The position numbers were made by a program, and so were the translations under genes. Below, one piece after another: positions 12,346 through 26,677 of a DNA stretch of 62,715 bases. Below the pieces are notes generated by a model. The model ran no database searches, had not been told where the DNA came from, and saw only the letters and a program-made list of their open reading frames with translations. Location of the stretch: the NCBI GenBank assembly GCA_013265495.1, contig MU058796.1, positions 558,001 through 620,715 of the forward strand, written 5' to 3'. The stretch is from Vicugna vicugna (lineage: Eukaryota). The stretch's first letter is position 1; every line of letters starts with the position of its first letter.

Positions 12346-15167
12346 GTATCTCTCCTGTGCTGTCACCCTGCTCTGTCCTTCCCTCAGCTCCTTGCTACGC
12401 TTTATCATCTTGCTGCATGATCCAGTGTATTTCAGTCTTTGATAATTATATAATGTGCCCCATATCAGCTGTACAAATGTTGGCTTTTCACAGGTATATT
12501 ACTCTCAGAATAAGCAAATGATTTATTTTTACAATTTTTGCTGTTTTTCCATTCATCCAAACATACAAGGATTTTAATGAAATATCCTCTGAATTGGAAA
12601 GTAATCATAAAGTCTCCTTATTTCCTGTTGTCATCTCTGTGGATTAAAAAGCAACTTGAGTAAAACAGCTATGATATATTCTTGGCAGTTTATCATATCA
12701 AAGACTGTATAGTCATAATGTATGTGCATGAAAAAGTCACTGCTTTCTTACCTCTGTGGTGTACTCTTAAAGAAAATAGGCTTTATCTTGAAATTTTCAG
12801 GAGTCGTTTCTAGAACCAGGCCTATACAGGGATGGGTTAGTAGAAATGAAATACGAATAATGTGCTAGTACTATCGATACACGTTATATGTTGGTTTTTG
12901 TCGGGATAATAGGAACAGAAAGCCACTGTTTGCCTCAGAATCCCTGTCTGCTCCAGCTGGTTTTTCTCCCTGGTATATCCAAGTGAAATAAGGAACATGC
13001 TGAGGCTAACCGTGGAATTATGCCATGCTAGTTCTGTGTGATAGATCAAAATAATAATACCACTTTGCATTTTGTCTTATCCTGTGAATTTTAGAAGTTC
13101 CTTTTGCTGGGGTGGTTACTTTCTAACCTTACTCATCTGGGGACCATATTCCTAATAAATCAAACTTTGAAGAACTAATCCATATGCATATGAAAACAAA
13201 ACAAAAGAACTTTGTAGTTTTGCAGAATAGAAGTTATTCAAAAGCTTTTACTTCACCAGCTTTGGTTGGCAAGGTCTGAAAAAAAGAATAGCATTTCCTA
13301 GGTGGTAATAGACATTGTTAGATCTGAGAACCTTACAGGAAAAGACGGAGGCAAAGTCTGTTTTTAGGTAGTAGTATTTTGGAAGTCCCTTATTAGCCTG
13401 CTTAATGGGGGCAAAAAATTACATGCTGAAGTGTATAGAATTTGTCATACTGAAATTTTCAGTTCACTTTTAAAGTATTAGTTAATGTGTGAAATGTAAT
13501 AATTGGTATGTTGCCCAGGACATGTATCTCAGTGGGAAAAGAATAGCTTTTTTTCCTTTGGCAGGGAGAATATTCAGGAATATGATTAGAATAATGATCA
13601 TTTTGATTCCAGTAAAAAAATACAAATGGTAGTAAATAGGGAGCATTTCAAATTAATAAAAGCATGCCATCAGCGAGTTGTGTCCAGGTAGTAGATTTCA
13701 GCGTGACCTCAATTTCTGACCGGTGTCGTTTTCAGTATGTCTCAAATGAGCTTCTCTGTTCAGATAAGACTAATGAAACTCCCTAAATTACAAATCAGAA
13801 GCGACTTACACTATGCAAATGAAGCGAGTGCCTGCTTTGTGACAGAAGATTCATTTGTAACTGAGATTAGAGGCTCCAGTCTGTATTTCTTGGTGACTAA
13901 TGAACCCGGCCCCAGCAGACCAGTTTCTGTTCCACTCTGGTTAATGGCCGCAGCAGTCCCAGTGTGTGCACTCTTGACTATTCTGTCTCCCATTAGAAAG
14001 AGAAAGAAGCCTTTAACGCCACTTGCAAGTATCTTCTACCTGCCAGGAAGGTCGCGGTGGCTCACAAGGCAGACAGAACGAGGATATTAAGATGGATTAA
14101 GCTAATTAATCTTACTCTGACAGTAGACTCTAACAACTTCTCCCCCTGCTTGTTTCAATATAGTACCTCAAACTAGCAATTTTTGTTGTTCTTTGTACAA
14201 GGTATGTTCTTTTTTTCTCAGTGATTACCAATAGATTGGAACAATTTATATGTGGGTAATGACACATTATGATTAGATAAATGGGAAAGAGTAAATAAAC
14301 TTAGTGATTTCAGCTATGCGCAAGCCACAGTCAGTGTACAACTACAGTAAGTATCAATATAAAAGCCCGCCTCCAGCTGCCTAACTGACTGGGTTACGTT
14401 TTTATTTAATGTTGTTTTGCATGGTAATAAACTAAACCTACATTTATGAATATTTATAACTTAGATATTTGTGAAGAATTATTTTGCTTTTCTGTTTTCA
14501 TTAAATTATTAGTACAGGCTTTAAATATTTTGATTGTTTTCTTGATCCCCTTAAAAACAAATCATTGTTTATGAATTAAGATATACTCTCAAAAAAGTGT
14601 CTTTTAGCTGGATAGGAAATTGGAAGAGTGAGAATGTTCACAGATAATTTATACATTTTGAAATCATTTTGGTGTTTTTCCCAATGATAATAAGTAGGGA
14701 ATGTTATATGGTGGTTATTTTAGTTCAAGATCCAAAAAAAAACAGTATGGTTTAATTTTCAAGCATAAATACGAGATTACCCTTGAGACATCAGTGTTTT
14801 CTGTTTAGAACATTCAAGTCTTGAAGTTATATGTTCGAGTGACCATGCATGTAAGAGGAATACCTCAGGTTAAGAGCTGGCATTGATTTTATTTCTCTTC
14901 AACAAGTGAGATATGATTAGATAAACAGAAATAAGCCATCTTTTTATACTTAGTCTTTATAATCAAACAGTAGTCTACTAATCTTCAGTTAGTTCTGTTT
15001 TGAAAGGGTCAGACATCAGGTTGGCCAGATGTATGTTGTCCAGGTGTCCTTCCATAAGGGTAAATCATCATGACGGGTAAATACTACAATTGTCACTAGT
15101 CAGTGATTGAAAATCACCTAGGTACTACAAGCAGTCAGAACTAATGATAGTTTTCTAATGGATGCAG

Positions 15168-15351
15168 GCAATTGTTGACACAGTGGACAACCTTCTGAGA
15201 CCTGAAGCGTTGGAATCATGGAAACACATGAATTCTTCTGAACAAGCGCACACTGCAACAATGCTGCTCGATACGCTGGAGGAAGGAGCGTTTGTCCTGG
15301 CTGACAATCTCGTAGAACCAACCAGGGTCTCCATGCCCACAGAAAATATTG
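15168..15351 (+). CDS. ADGRL2: GAIN exon ([10 protein letters not shown]...MPTENI), 184 nt
   Basis: tgcag| acceptor and TTG|gtgagt donor; phase 0-1. Confidence 0.96.
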
Positions 15352-17444
15352 GTGAGTGAATCTGTTGTCAGGTTTAATTTTCATTTAGAAGATAGACGTT
15401 TAAGAGAATAATGCTTCCATTCTGAATCTGTTATTTCCCAGTGCCAAACTTCTCTTTTGTAAAATTATTTTTGTCTGTTAATAAGAGGTATTATTCCTCA
15501 CATGCCATAACATTATTGCAAAAGCCAAAATCTATCCTGTCTTTTAAAAGTTGGTTTTATGTGTGGTTTATTTGTTCCAACTGAAAAATCATTAAAGGAA
15601 AAAAAAGTGTTTAAAGTACTTAAATGCCAGAGTATGGATTGCTTAATAACGAAAGTGCTTGCCATGAAACTGTGGCAAATGCTTTTCCATTTTATATAAT
15701 ACGTTCCTAATGAATTTAAATTACTTTCTGGAATGCGTTCTCCCAGCCACATATTTTAGGCACACAGAATTCGAGTCAAATATTTGTATAAAACATACCT
15801 GCCTTCAGGTGAAAATGTGGTCAGTGAACTACATCTCTCATAGTGCAGAATGTCCATGCTTTATAGATTGCAGAATAGCTGCAGATAGTTGCAAAACATC
15901 TTTTAGAATTTCAGTGCTGGCAGTGAGAGGTAGGAATTCCCTTTTGATGGTATTTGAAAGAAGTCCAGTAAGTACAGTGAAATTATATTTATTTAGGCTT
16001 GACTGATTGGAATTGCTGATTATTTAGTGAGATTGAGCTCAGATGAAATTTACAGTGTCCCTTAGTAAAGTAAAAAAATATCCCCAAGCCTCAATGTAAA
16101 AAAACCGAAAAGGAAACACAAACTACTCTTCCATGGAAACAGTGCGTTGGAGCAGCAGATACTGAATGAATTTTTGCTATCTGGGATGCCATGTCTGATC
16201 GCTTTATTGTGCCTCCCTAAATCATGGGACTTTATGTTTAGAAATGCAGAAAAGCAAGGTGTATGGGAGAAATAGACATTGATCAGATTATGATGCCTGA
16301 ATTTAAATTCAAAACTTTTAAGCTTATTTTAAATAACTGAGTTTTTAGAAAATGTTTTTAAAATCGTGTTTTTATTTACTCTATGAGGTTTTGAAATGAT
16401 AAATAACTTAATAACTTTAAATTAAATGAAGTTAAAATAATTTGGCCTGCTGTAAGCTGGTAGACCAGTCATAAGGAAAATAATACACTCTACTTTAGTT
16501 GTGTGAATAAAGCTCCTCCTTTCTGTCTGAAGTTTTCATTATTCTGAGGTTGATTTATTTCATAGTCTAATAAAATTCCCAAGGTACATGTCAAACAATT
16601 CTCAGATATTTCCAGGGATATACCTGTAAAGTAGAGGAACATAGACCTGATCATCTCAGAAGATAAATCTTAGAAAGCATGATTTGAAGTGAAGTGTTTG
16701 TTTTCCATATCTTCTAAAGCCGATTTAAAAGACAAAAAAAAACTATAACTTCCCTTTTAAGCTCCTTCCCAGAACGCAAGACATTTTAATAGGCCAGGTT
16801 GACAGGCTCTGCCCCAATCAGCCTCACATATGCAAAACACACCATTATTATACATTTGGGATGTTTTTATCTTGGTTTGAGAATGACTAGGAATTTTTTT
16901 TCTAATACCTGTGTTTTTCAGAGTTCTAAGTGATTATCCTTCACACTGGTTTTTAAAAATTTTTAATTACAAAAGGAATGTTGTGAGTAGAGATTCTTGT
17001 AGAGTGTAGTACATGTTTTACTAACTTCTCAAAAATAATGCCCTGAACTTACTATATGCATATGTTGATTACCCAGGAAATGACCCAACATGAAGGTCAT
17101 TTTGCATATTCCAGTGTCTGTTTGTGTCTTGAATGTCTAAGCTGTAAACAATGTTGTGACATATATTATCCATAATTTAATATGACATTCAAGATTCAAC
17201 TTTTTCCTAGGACTTGCTATCTTTTTAGCTGTGAGAACTAAGATTGCTCATTACCCCTTTATGTCTTCACTTGCTGTTCTTTTCTAAATTTAGGGGGTGG
17301 CTACAGTGCCTTTGCTTATTAAGACAACTTGATTCTCCTCCTCGGTGATTTCTCCTTGAATCCTTATTTTCACTTTACTGTATGTTTTACCCTTGTACTT
17401 GACCTCATAAAAACGGTGTAATTATGTTGTAATTATATCTGATT

Positions 17445-18300
17445 ATAGCTTTTTAAAGTCAACTTTGAGGTATAATTTAGACACAATAAGAGCAGCTGTT
17501 TTAAGTGTACTGCTTGATGAGTTTTGACAAATGCACACCCGTGTAACCAACAACATGGGCAATATCTCAGCCACCTCAGAAGGGTCCTTTGTAATCTTTG
17601 GAGTCAGTCTTCCCACACCCCCAGCCCCAGGCAACCACTGATCTGTTTTATGTCACTAGTTCAGTTTTACTTTTCTAGACCTTCAGTTGAATGGAACCAT
17701 AGGCTGGGTACTCCTTTTGATCTTGCCTCTTTTACAAAGAACAATGTTGTTGAGATTCATCTATGTTGGTGGCAGCATCAGGAATTCAGTCCTTTTTATT
17801 GCTGAGTTTCCATTATAAGGACACAACACTATTTGTGTATCTACTCACTTGGTTATACGTTTAGGTTGTTTGCACCTTTTGACTGTCATTAATAAATCTG
17901 CAGTTTCTCCAGGTGGCTGTACCATTTTGTATTCCAAATAGCTGTTAATGTTCCAATTGCTCCACATCCTCACCAGCATTTAGGATTATCTTCTCAAATG
18001 TCTTTTGAATTTTAGCCATTTTAGTGGTTTGTAGTGGAACTCATTTGGTGTTGTTTTGCATTTGTATGATTACTAAGGTATATTTTGCTGAAAACTTCCA
18101 ACTTTTCATGTGCTTATTGGCCATTCACATATGTTTTTTGTGAAATGTCTTTTTGTATATTTTGCCCATTTTAATTGGGTTGTCTTATTATTGGATTATA
18201 AAGATTATATCTTCCTGATAAAAATCTTTTGTTAGATATATGTACTCTGAATGCCTTCCCTCAATATGTAACTTCCCTCTCTATTTTCTTAATAATATCT
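17445..18300 (-). mobile_element. Old L1 (L1M-type) 3' end fragment, antisense
   Basis: Typical L1MB/MC 3'UTR text (ttgaggtataattt...gagttttgacaaatg...ttgtaccattttgtattcc...ttcatgtgcttattggccatt). Boundaries approximate. Confidence 0.75.
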
Positions 18301-18874
18301 TGAGAGGAGCAAAAAATCGGATGAAAAGTCCTCATTACCCAGCTTCAACAACATCTAGCCAATCTTGTTTCATGTGTTCCTCTCACCGTTATATTATTTT
18401 AAAGCAAACTCTTAACATATTATTACTATTAATACTTTAATATGTATCTCACTTTTTTAAAACCACAATGCCATTGTCAGACTTTAAAATTTAACAAACA
18501 TAGATTCAAAAGATAAAAAGGAAGTTTCAGTTATTCGATTTCTGTAAACTTGTTAACATTTAACTCGTTTTACCTAGGATACAAACACGTTGTGCATTTG
18601 ATGGAGGCATTGCTCCTGTTGGAGAGGAAGAGCTTTCCTTCTGCCCTGCTAGGCTCTTTGGCTGGTCTGATAACCTCAGGCTTAAATTCCTGACACCTCC
18701 CAAGAATGACTTTCTTCTGCATCTTATGTAAAAAGGCGCATAATGTTGATTGTCTTTCTTGTGATCTTAAGATTGATTAGGTGATTTAGTTATTATCAGC
18801 CTAATCCAGCATTATAAAATTCCCTATTATTTATTTTCCCGGTAGGCTTAGCAGCCAGCATGATTGTATCCGTC

Positions 18875-19090
18875 AATTTGACCTTAGTTATACTGCAGTT
18901 AAAAAAAAAAAAAAAAACCCAGACTCACAGCGGCAATCAACAACAAAGTTTATGACTCCTTAACTCCATGTCATCACGGAGTCTTGGTTTTGCTCTGTTC
19001 CCTGTCATCTTCAGCCGCCTCCATGTTGTTTGTACCCCGGGACTCAGGCTGATAGAACTTAGTCCGCTGCAGGTTTGCTGGCAGAGGTCC
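18875..19090. mobile_element. Probable MaLR (MLT1-like) LTR fragment
   Basis: Resembles an MLT1 start (tagttatactgcagt...aacaacaaagtttat). Recognition from memory only. Confidence 0.4.
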
Positions 19091-19535
19091 TAGTTTTTCC
19101 TATCACTCTACTTTTCTTACTCTCTCATATCAACTGCAGCCACCACTCAGTGATGAATTTGACAAACAGAAGGACAGAGAAATATATTAAAATCTAATCT
19201 ACAGCACTGGCTGTGAGGGAGGCTCTGGGTGGCTCTACTATGAATCAAGCGTGTTCACTTTCAGGAAATCTGTTAAACAAGGCATATATTATTTCAAGTA
19301 CACAGAAGATATAGAGAAATATCATAAGCATCCGTGTAGCAATCACCAGCTGAGCCACATCTTACCATATTTGCTTCAGGTTTGGGGGAAAGAAATACGT
19401 ATATATAATCTGGAAATCCTCTGCCTCCTTCCTGATCAGATTAAGAAGGGTGTAACCATCATTCTTACTTTGTCAGCATTAGTAAGCTTTTATTTACTAA
19501 ATTTTTGCTGTACAGGTATATACATTTAACAGTTA

Positions 19536-19703
19536 TTTTTCATGTTGTTTTTTTGTTTTGGGGGTTTGTTTTGGGGGGTAGTTATAATCAGGTTTGCTTT
19601 TGTTTATTTCTTTCCTTGGTTTTTCAGTGGAGGTACTGGGGATTGAACCCAGGACCTCATGCATGCTAAGCATGCACTCTACCACTTAAACTATACCCTC
19701 CCC
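19536..19703 (-). mobile_element. tRNA-derived SINE, camelid Vic-1-like
   Basis: Reverse complement reads GGGGAGGGTATAGTTTAAGTGGTAGAG...GGTTCAATCCCCAGTACCTCCA (A and B boxes) followed by an A-rich tail. The tail boundary is approximate. Confidence 0.85.
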
Positions 19704-19719
19704 GAGAAATAATTTTTGA

Positions 19720-21650
19720 GTGGTAGAGCATGCACATCTTTAACTTTACCAAATACCGCCAAGTTGCTTTCTGCTGCTATTTTACCAGTTCACCTTCTCA
19801 CCAGTAATATAGTTGTTCCCCATCACTGTCTTTGCCAACACTTTATTATTAACGTAAATTTTGTCATTTTGTAGATTTGAATTGATCACATTATTGCTTT
19901 AATTTGCAGTTCCCTGGTTACCTAAATTAATTCTCTCCTGTGAATTTGTTGTCCACAATTTTTCTGTGGGTAATGCATTATGGAAACTAATTCTTTAAGG
20001 ATTATTATATAATTTGCAAATGTTTATTCTGTCTGTGCAATCTCTTTTTTACCTTGTGTATTAATCTTTTGTTTTACAGAATAATGAAGTCAGATTATCA
20101 GTTTATTCTTTTAGGGTTGATGCTTTTCGAATCTTGTTTTAAAAATATGAGGAGTTTTTTTGGTATCCTGCTCAGATTTTTTTCTCTGCTTTGTAATGAT
20201 GAAATGTTATATTTTCTTTAGAAATGATAAAGCTTTGCCTTCTTACATTTATGTTTTAACCTGAAATTTATAGTGTTTTTGATATGTATGAGGGAACTAA
20301 TTTTATTTTCTTCCATATGGGTAATCTGTTGTTTCTGTACTTCCAGTGCATAATCCATCCCTATCCCCAGTGGTTTGTAAACATATCTCTGTCATATGTC
20401 AAGTTTCTGTACGTGTTAGGAGTGTCTGTTATACATTGTTGTTTTTGTTTTTGTTTCAGTAATGTTAATATCTGGTGAGTTCTTTCTGCTCCTCCTAGAA
20501 TCAGAATCGCCTTGGCTGCCTTTCGGCATGTCTCTTCCATGTGCATTTTAAAATCAGCTTGTCAAGTTCTGCATACTCAAAAACTCTTGCTGGGATTTTT
20601 ATGAGAAGTAGACTGAGTTTGTAGATAGATTTTGAAGGAAGTGTCACAGATTTGTCTGTTGAGCTCTCCCAGATCGGACCATGATACGATCTTCCATTTT
20701 TTGTTGGGTCTCCTAATAAAGTTCTGTATTTTTCCCTTTAATATTTTGTACTTTTTAAATTAGGTTTATTCCTAGGAAATGTACACTATTGTAAACTGTA
20801 TTTTTTTTAAATTATATATTCTTATTGTTTGTTGCTTGGTGTATAGGAACACAGTTGATTTTGCTGGTTACAGCCTTGCTGAATTCTTTTACTTTTGATA
20901 GGATATAGCGTTTCCCTCATGATTACTTTGTAGTTAATTATGTTTTCTGTAAATAATTAACAGGTTATTTTTTCCTTCCAGTCTTTGTACCTTTTTTTTT
21001 TCTTGAATTATTGCATTAGCTAGGTCCTCTAGTACAATGCTAAATAAAACCTGCAATAGGGATCATCCTGACTTCAAAACAAATGCTTCTAGAGTTTTTC
21101 CATCATTATTTGCTAAGAGTTGGTTAGATAACCCTTTCCTGATAACAAAACCATTTTCTGGGCAAGGAATTTTTCTTTTGTTCCTATTATTTTATTAAGA
21201 TTTTTTTATATTGAATGAGTATTGAAATTTGTTGAATTCTTTCTGTGTATGTTTTTCTTAATTTCTTAATTTAGTGAATGATAATATATTTTCTAATGTA
21301 TTAATCTCTGTAAGCCTTTTTGAGTTCAACTTAATTTGTTCAGGATATACTTAAAAGTATATATATAATTTATTAAATATTTTTGTGTAATTTGAATAAG
21401 TGAATATTGTTATATTAAATATCATATGATTTATCTCTTTGTACTATTTTATGCATCTAGATTATACGTAAGTCTTGTGAAGTGAGTTGGAAAACATGAG
21501 CAGTTTAAAATTCAGTATATATTTAACCATGAGTTCATTTTCTAAAGTGGTCATAAATTATTGGTTTTTTAAAAAATTATTTTATAGTCAGCTTTATGTT
21601 TCTAGGAAATTTTTCCTTTTGTCTATTTTAAAATTTATTTATATAAAGTT
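19720..21650 (-). mobile_element. Degenerate L1M fragments (3'UTR/ORF2-derived), antisense
   Basis: T-rich sequence with L1 hallmarks (aaatcagcttgtcaagttc, ttgctgggatttt, ctagtacaatgctaaata). Boundaries approximate. Confidence 0.65.
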
Positions 21651-22799
21651 GATTGTTGCATCTCTACTGAGTTCTATATTAATGATCCTTTTTTAAAATT
21701 CAAACACATTTTTTTTTACTATGGATATGGTTTTATACTTTAATAAGTAAATACATGTTGGATGTTACTCTGAGCATGTATATCTATATTTGGAACATTT
21801 CATGGAAACTCAAAGGATTTCCTTCTTTCACCTTATCTTCTGTCTTTTATGAATAATTAATGATTGAGACCCCCTTTCAGTGTAAGGAAGAGAGAGGTAT
21901 ATTTTTGTCACCCATCTTACCCCCTTCACCTCCCACTCACACACATGGAATCTTATTTGAGGAGAGGAGATTATCCACATATCCATCTACTTAATCCTTC
22001 TGAGCATGGATTAATAAAACAAATGTCTCAACCAGCTTCTGCAGCTAATAGAATTCTAGGAGTTCTGTGACTCTCATTGTACACTTATATTTCAAGTGCT
22101 TGACATATGGCCTCATAGCTTATAAAAATCTCCAATGTTATAATTTCATGTTTACAGCTAAATCTAGATGTATTTTACAAAACAAAGTTGTGAAAGATTT
22201 TTAAAAATCAGCATCCAAGAGTTATTCTGTAATGGATGATATGAGCCCATTTTTCTAAAAAGTCAGTGAAATCATCATATTTTGTGTGTGTGTGTCTGTG
22301 TGTATGCGCGCATGTATATGTGTATCTGTGTACCAGCACGTATAAATATGTTAGTCAAACTAGAACTAGCTATGCAAGTATATGCCATCAGAGAAGGTGA
22401 AATTCAGAGAAAAATGTGTGGAGTGTGTATTGAATTATGTGTTACTTTTTAAAATTCAAGTGTCTGAAATAAATGAATTTTTCATAGAGCTCCTCTCATT
22501 TCATCAGTAAATGACATTTTATTTACTAATATGAAGTAGTTGACTTTACTAGAAACAATAATGCTTTCTCATTCTTTTTAAGAATCAAATGAATATCATA
22601 TAAAGTATTGCAATCTTTATTGGAATTATGGTAGACAGCATTTATGTTCAGGATGTTACTATTTTTTAAAAAAAATTAAACAACATTGGTTTTACTGACC
22701 ATATAAATGATCTTAATGTTATATATATTGACTGTTTTCCTTACATGTTTTTCAGTGTTGCTACTTTCTTTGTGAATTTTTGAAATTTGGATTATGCTG

Positions 22800-23010
22800 C
22801 AGTCATTTGCAAACTTTTTTTGTAAAGGCCCACGTAGTACATATTTTAAGCGTTGCAGGTCATGTGGTCTAAGTTGCAAATACTTAACAACCATAGACAA
22901 TGTATTATAGACAGTATATTAATGGGTGAGCATGATTGTGTCCCAGTAAAACTGTATTTATTAAAAGAAGTGGCTGGCCACATTTGGCCCACAGGTCCTA
23001 TTTTACCCAA
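22800..23010. mobile_element. MER58-like hAT-Charlie DNA transposon relic
   Basis: gcaaactttttttgtaaaggcc...gattgtgtcccagtaaaact...tttggcccacagg matches the MER58A pattern. Confidence 0.75.
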
Positions 23011-23644
23011 TTTGAATATATAAAAATTGATTGTTACTAGTGAGAATTAATGGGAAGTTTGAACGTAATGCTAGACATTTTCTCCTAAATAATGCTGTGC
23101 TAGTCTCCTTACTTTGAGAAATTAGGGAAAATCTATTACTGCACAGTTGACCTATGTAATCTTATGTATTAAAACATACACATAGATATAAATGTCTACA
23201 TGCAATAAACGCATTCAGATTTAAACTTCATATTTTGTTTTATCATTGCCAAGTAACGGTAATTGAAAAGTCACTTAGCATAAAGAGTCAAAACATCATT
23301 TTGAAATATTTTTGTTAAACTTAATTATTTACATGAAACTTTGGTAATTGTGTGCTGTAAGTCAGACGCTTCATATCCGTAGGCTAAAAGACTGGAATTA
23401 GTTGACAAAAGATACAAAACTTTGAAGAAAATATTCAAAAATGATTACACCAAAAATTTTAGAGTAGTCAAAATTTAAGACCTCTTAGCATAATTTAGTT
23501 GTTTGTTCATGATTTTGTTGTAATCCAGCACAGAAGTTTTATAGGTAGAAAAATAGTGGTTTCTGAGCAGTTACCATTTGCCTCTTTGTAGTTAAAGTTA
23601 AAGAATGCCCTTTTTTTTCCTTCTTTATCTTTTGCCTCATCCAG

Positions 23645-23770
23645 TTCTGGAAGTTGCGGTACTCAGTACAGAAGGACAAGTCCAAGACTTTAAATTTCCT
23701 CTGGGCATCAAAGGAGCAGGCAGCTCAATCCAGCTCTCTGCAAATACTGTCAAGCAGAACAGCCGGAATG
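23645..23770 (+). CDS. ADGRL2: GAIN exon (VLEVAVL...KQNSRN), 126 nt
   Basis: ccag| acceptor and ATG|gtaaaa donor; phase 1-1. Confidence 0.96.
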
Positions 23771-24048
23771 GTAAAACGGAACAAAAGTCTTTTAAAAACT
23801 GATAGGTTTTTGTTGTTGTTGTTCAGATAAACCTATTAATTCTAAATGCTGAGTATTTGACTCCTAGTATAACAAATACGGCTTAACGTTTAAAAGCAGA
23901 TTTAAAATAATGCCTCACTCTTTTCAGTAAACTTAATCTAAATAAAGATTTCATAAGGATTTTTTCATTTCATTCTGATTTTATTGTATCTTATCTTATT
24001 CATAAGCATATTTTCTGTAAAGACATATGGCTGTTTTTACCTTCCTAG

Positions 24049-24254
24049 GTCTTGCAAAGTTGGTGTTCATCATTTACCGGAGTCTGGGACAGTTCCTTAG
24101 TACAGAAAATGCAACCATCAAACTGGGTGCTGACTTTGTTGGTCGAAATAGCACCATTGCAGTGAATTCCCATGTCATTTCAGTTTCAATCAATAAAGAA
24201 TCCAGCCGCGTGTACTTGACAGATCCTGTGCTTTTTACCCTACCACACATTGAT
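24049..24254 (+). CDS. ADGRL2: GAIN exon (GLAKLVF...FTLPHID), 206 nt
   Basis: cctag| acceptor and GAT|gtaagt donor; phase 1-0. Confidence 0.96.
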
Positions 24255-25367
24255 GTAAGTTATGTGTGCTAATGAAGTCGTGCAAGGTTACAAAGCCAGT
24301 TAGGAAGGAAAGCAAAACAGACATGCTGAGGATGGAGAGAGAGGGGGAACGGGGAAATGGCAGAGAGGAAAGAAAAGACTGTCCCATTTGAATTTCAAAT
24401 GTTGGACTAGGTCAGAGACACAAGTTTATTTAAGTCTGTGAACATAAAATTAAATGAGCCTGGTTCAGTGATTATTAGAATTTAAGTGTATTCTTAATGA
24501 AAGCTAATTCAGTAATCAACAGGAAAATGTAAATGACTGTAATTTGTTTTAGAATGAAAATTAACTCTTACTTAGCAGCACTGTGGCTGAGTATTAACGG
24601 TTAGGACTCTGCCTTTTTAGGCTTTTTCATGCGGCAGATCTTTTTTTTTTTTTATTTGATTTTACTGATCACAGTAACACAATTGTTACCAAGCATTGTG
24701 TTTTTAAAAATACAGAATTGAAGAGATGTGATTCCTCTGCCATTCCTTAGAATGCAAGTTGGTAGTTAAATAATTACACCATGTTGGAAGATTGTCTGCA
24801 GAACGTGGCTGCTGTTACAGTAGAGTGAATAAGTGCCCACAGATAACCAGGGAGAGCTCCAGAATTGGCAAAGAACAACACATTTCTGCGGCTGTTCACT
24901 TTTATACCTTCTGCAGTTGCTTCACTCTTTTACACACCTTGACGTAAGAACTATAGGATTCAAATTGTCACTGTTATGTCACTTCGAACAAAAAGGGGCC
25001 CCGAACAAAATGGATTTTAAAACACTTCGTCCTTATAGGATTTTTTTGGAACAATAATTTTGTCAGAAAAGGAAAAAAAATGATTCTGATGTACCATCAG
25101 TATGTAAAATCATAAGATGGAAATTGTAATTGTGTAAAATGGGTCTTTGGTAATTTAGAGTACACTGTAGAGTGTCTCGGACTATAAAGCCCCTTTTAAG
25201 TTAGATATCTGCCTTGTATAACATAGTCTACAATTTTGCTGATGAAAAACTTTATAGTCCGAAACGTGCAAAGTTTAATCTAAATTACCTTTTACACATA
25301 TTAAACAATTGCTATTGCCATCTTAGAGTGTAAAATCCTAATTTTATCTTGTCATTTTATTTCCCAG

Positions 25368-25541
25368 CCTGACAATTATTTCAATGCAAACTGCTCCTTC
25401 TGGAACTACTCAGAGAGAACTATGATGGGATATTGGTCTACCCAGGGCTGCAAGCTGGTTGACACTAATAAAACTCGTACAACGTGTGCATGCAGCCACC
25501 TAACCAATTTTGCAATTCTCATGGCCCACAGGGAAATTGCA
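25368..25541 (+). CDS. ADGRL2: GPS/Stachel exon ([13 protein letters not shown]...[19 protein letters not shown]), 174 nt
   Basis: cccag| acceptor and GCA|gtaagt donor. Intact H-L|T autoproteolysis site at 25497-25505, followed by the tethered-agonist TNFAILM. Not in the ORF track. Confidence 0.97.
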
Positions 25542-26467
25542 GTAAGTATTTGCACTTCTAATTAGTAGCAGAGAAAAACCTCAGAGTTCAAAACAGCTTG
25601 TGTAATAGTCCCTTCTTTGGGTGCTTATCATACCTAAAAAGCAAACAAAGTAATGTGGATGTCTAATTGTTTCTACACTGTCCATATATTTTAGGAAGTC
25701 TTGGTACTGTATTAATTGTTACTTCTGAAGTCATCATGTGCTTTATAGACTTGTTCTAAGTCTTTCCCCTTCGGGCAGGTGGTAGGCACAGGTGATCAGG
25801 GGTTTAAAAACTGAACAGCCATAGATTATACAGACAGAGGGGCCCTGAAGTGTGACATCCCCTCCCTATCTTGAATGTTTGAATCTCATTTTACAACTTC
25901 TGCTTTAAGTTTCTTAACCACTTTGCACACTGCGTAAAACTGCAGATTTTGTAAGACCAGAATGGCTCCTGGAATGTTTCTTAGTGTTCATTTCTTCTTG
26001 TGAATAGGAGAACAAGAGCCAGAAGATAAACATATTTTAAGAAACGTAACATGAAAGCTCTCACATCTATTATGTGCTTAACTCTTAGTATATAAATACA
26101 AAAACTCAAGGAGAAAATTAAAACAACTTCTTTGTTAGCCTGAAAAGCCATTAAAATGCTATTTTTTTTTTTAATAACTAAGTAGTCTTTATTCTATTGT
26201 AAAATTTTTATGTGTACATGAGTAATTATTTCAGTCAGTCTTTTCTAGGTAAAATCTTCCACTTTCATAGATCATTCTTTGGATATAAAAATTAATAAGA
26301 TTATATTGCATTCCGTTATATGATTTTTTTTTAAGTATTGAACCCTGTTTGAGCACATGAATTTCAGAGAGTTGAGTGTTAAAAAATGAGCGATCACATG
26401 TGAAACCTGTCTTACCTTTAGTTAATGTGCTGCAGGAATACTGAAGTTCCGCTTTTTTTTCCCCCAG

Positions 26468-26677
26468 TACAAAGATGGAGTTCATGAGTTACTCCTTACG
26501 GTCATCACCTGGGTGGGAATTGTCGTTTCCCTCGTTTGCCTGGCTATCTGCATCTTCACCTTCTGCTTTTTCCGTGGTCTGCAGAGTGACCGTAACACTA
26601 TTCACAAGAACCTTTGTATCAACCTTTTTATTGCTGAATTTATTTTCCTAATAGGCATTGATAAGACAAAATACATG
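26468..26677 (+). CDS. ADGRL2: TM1-TM2 exon ([10 protein letters not shown]...IDKTKYM), 210 nt
   Basis: cccag| acceptor and ATG|gtaagt donor; phase 0-0; contains IHKNLC. Confidence 0.97.
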
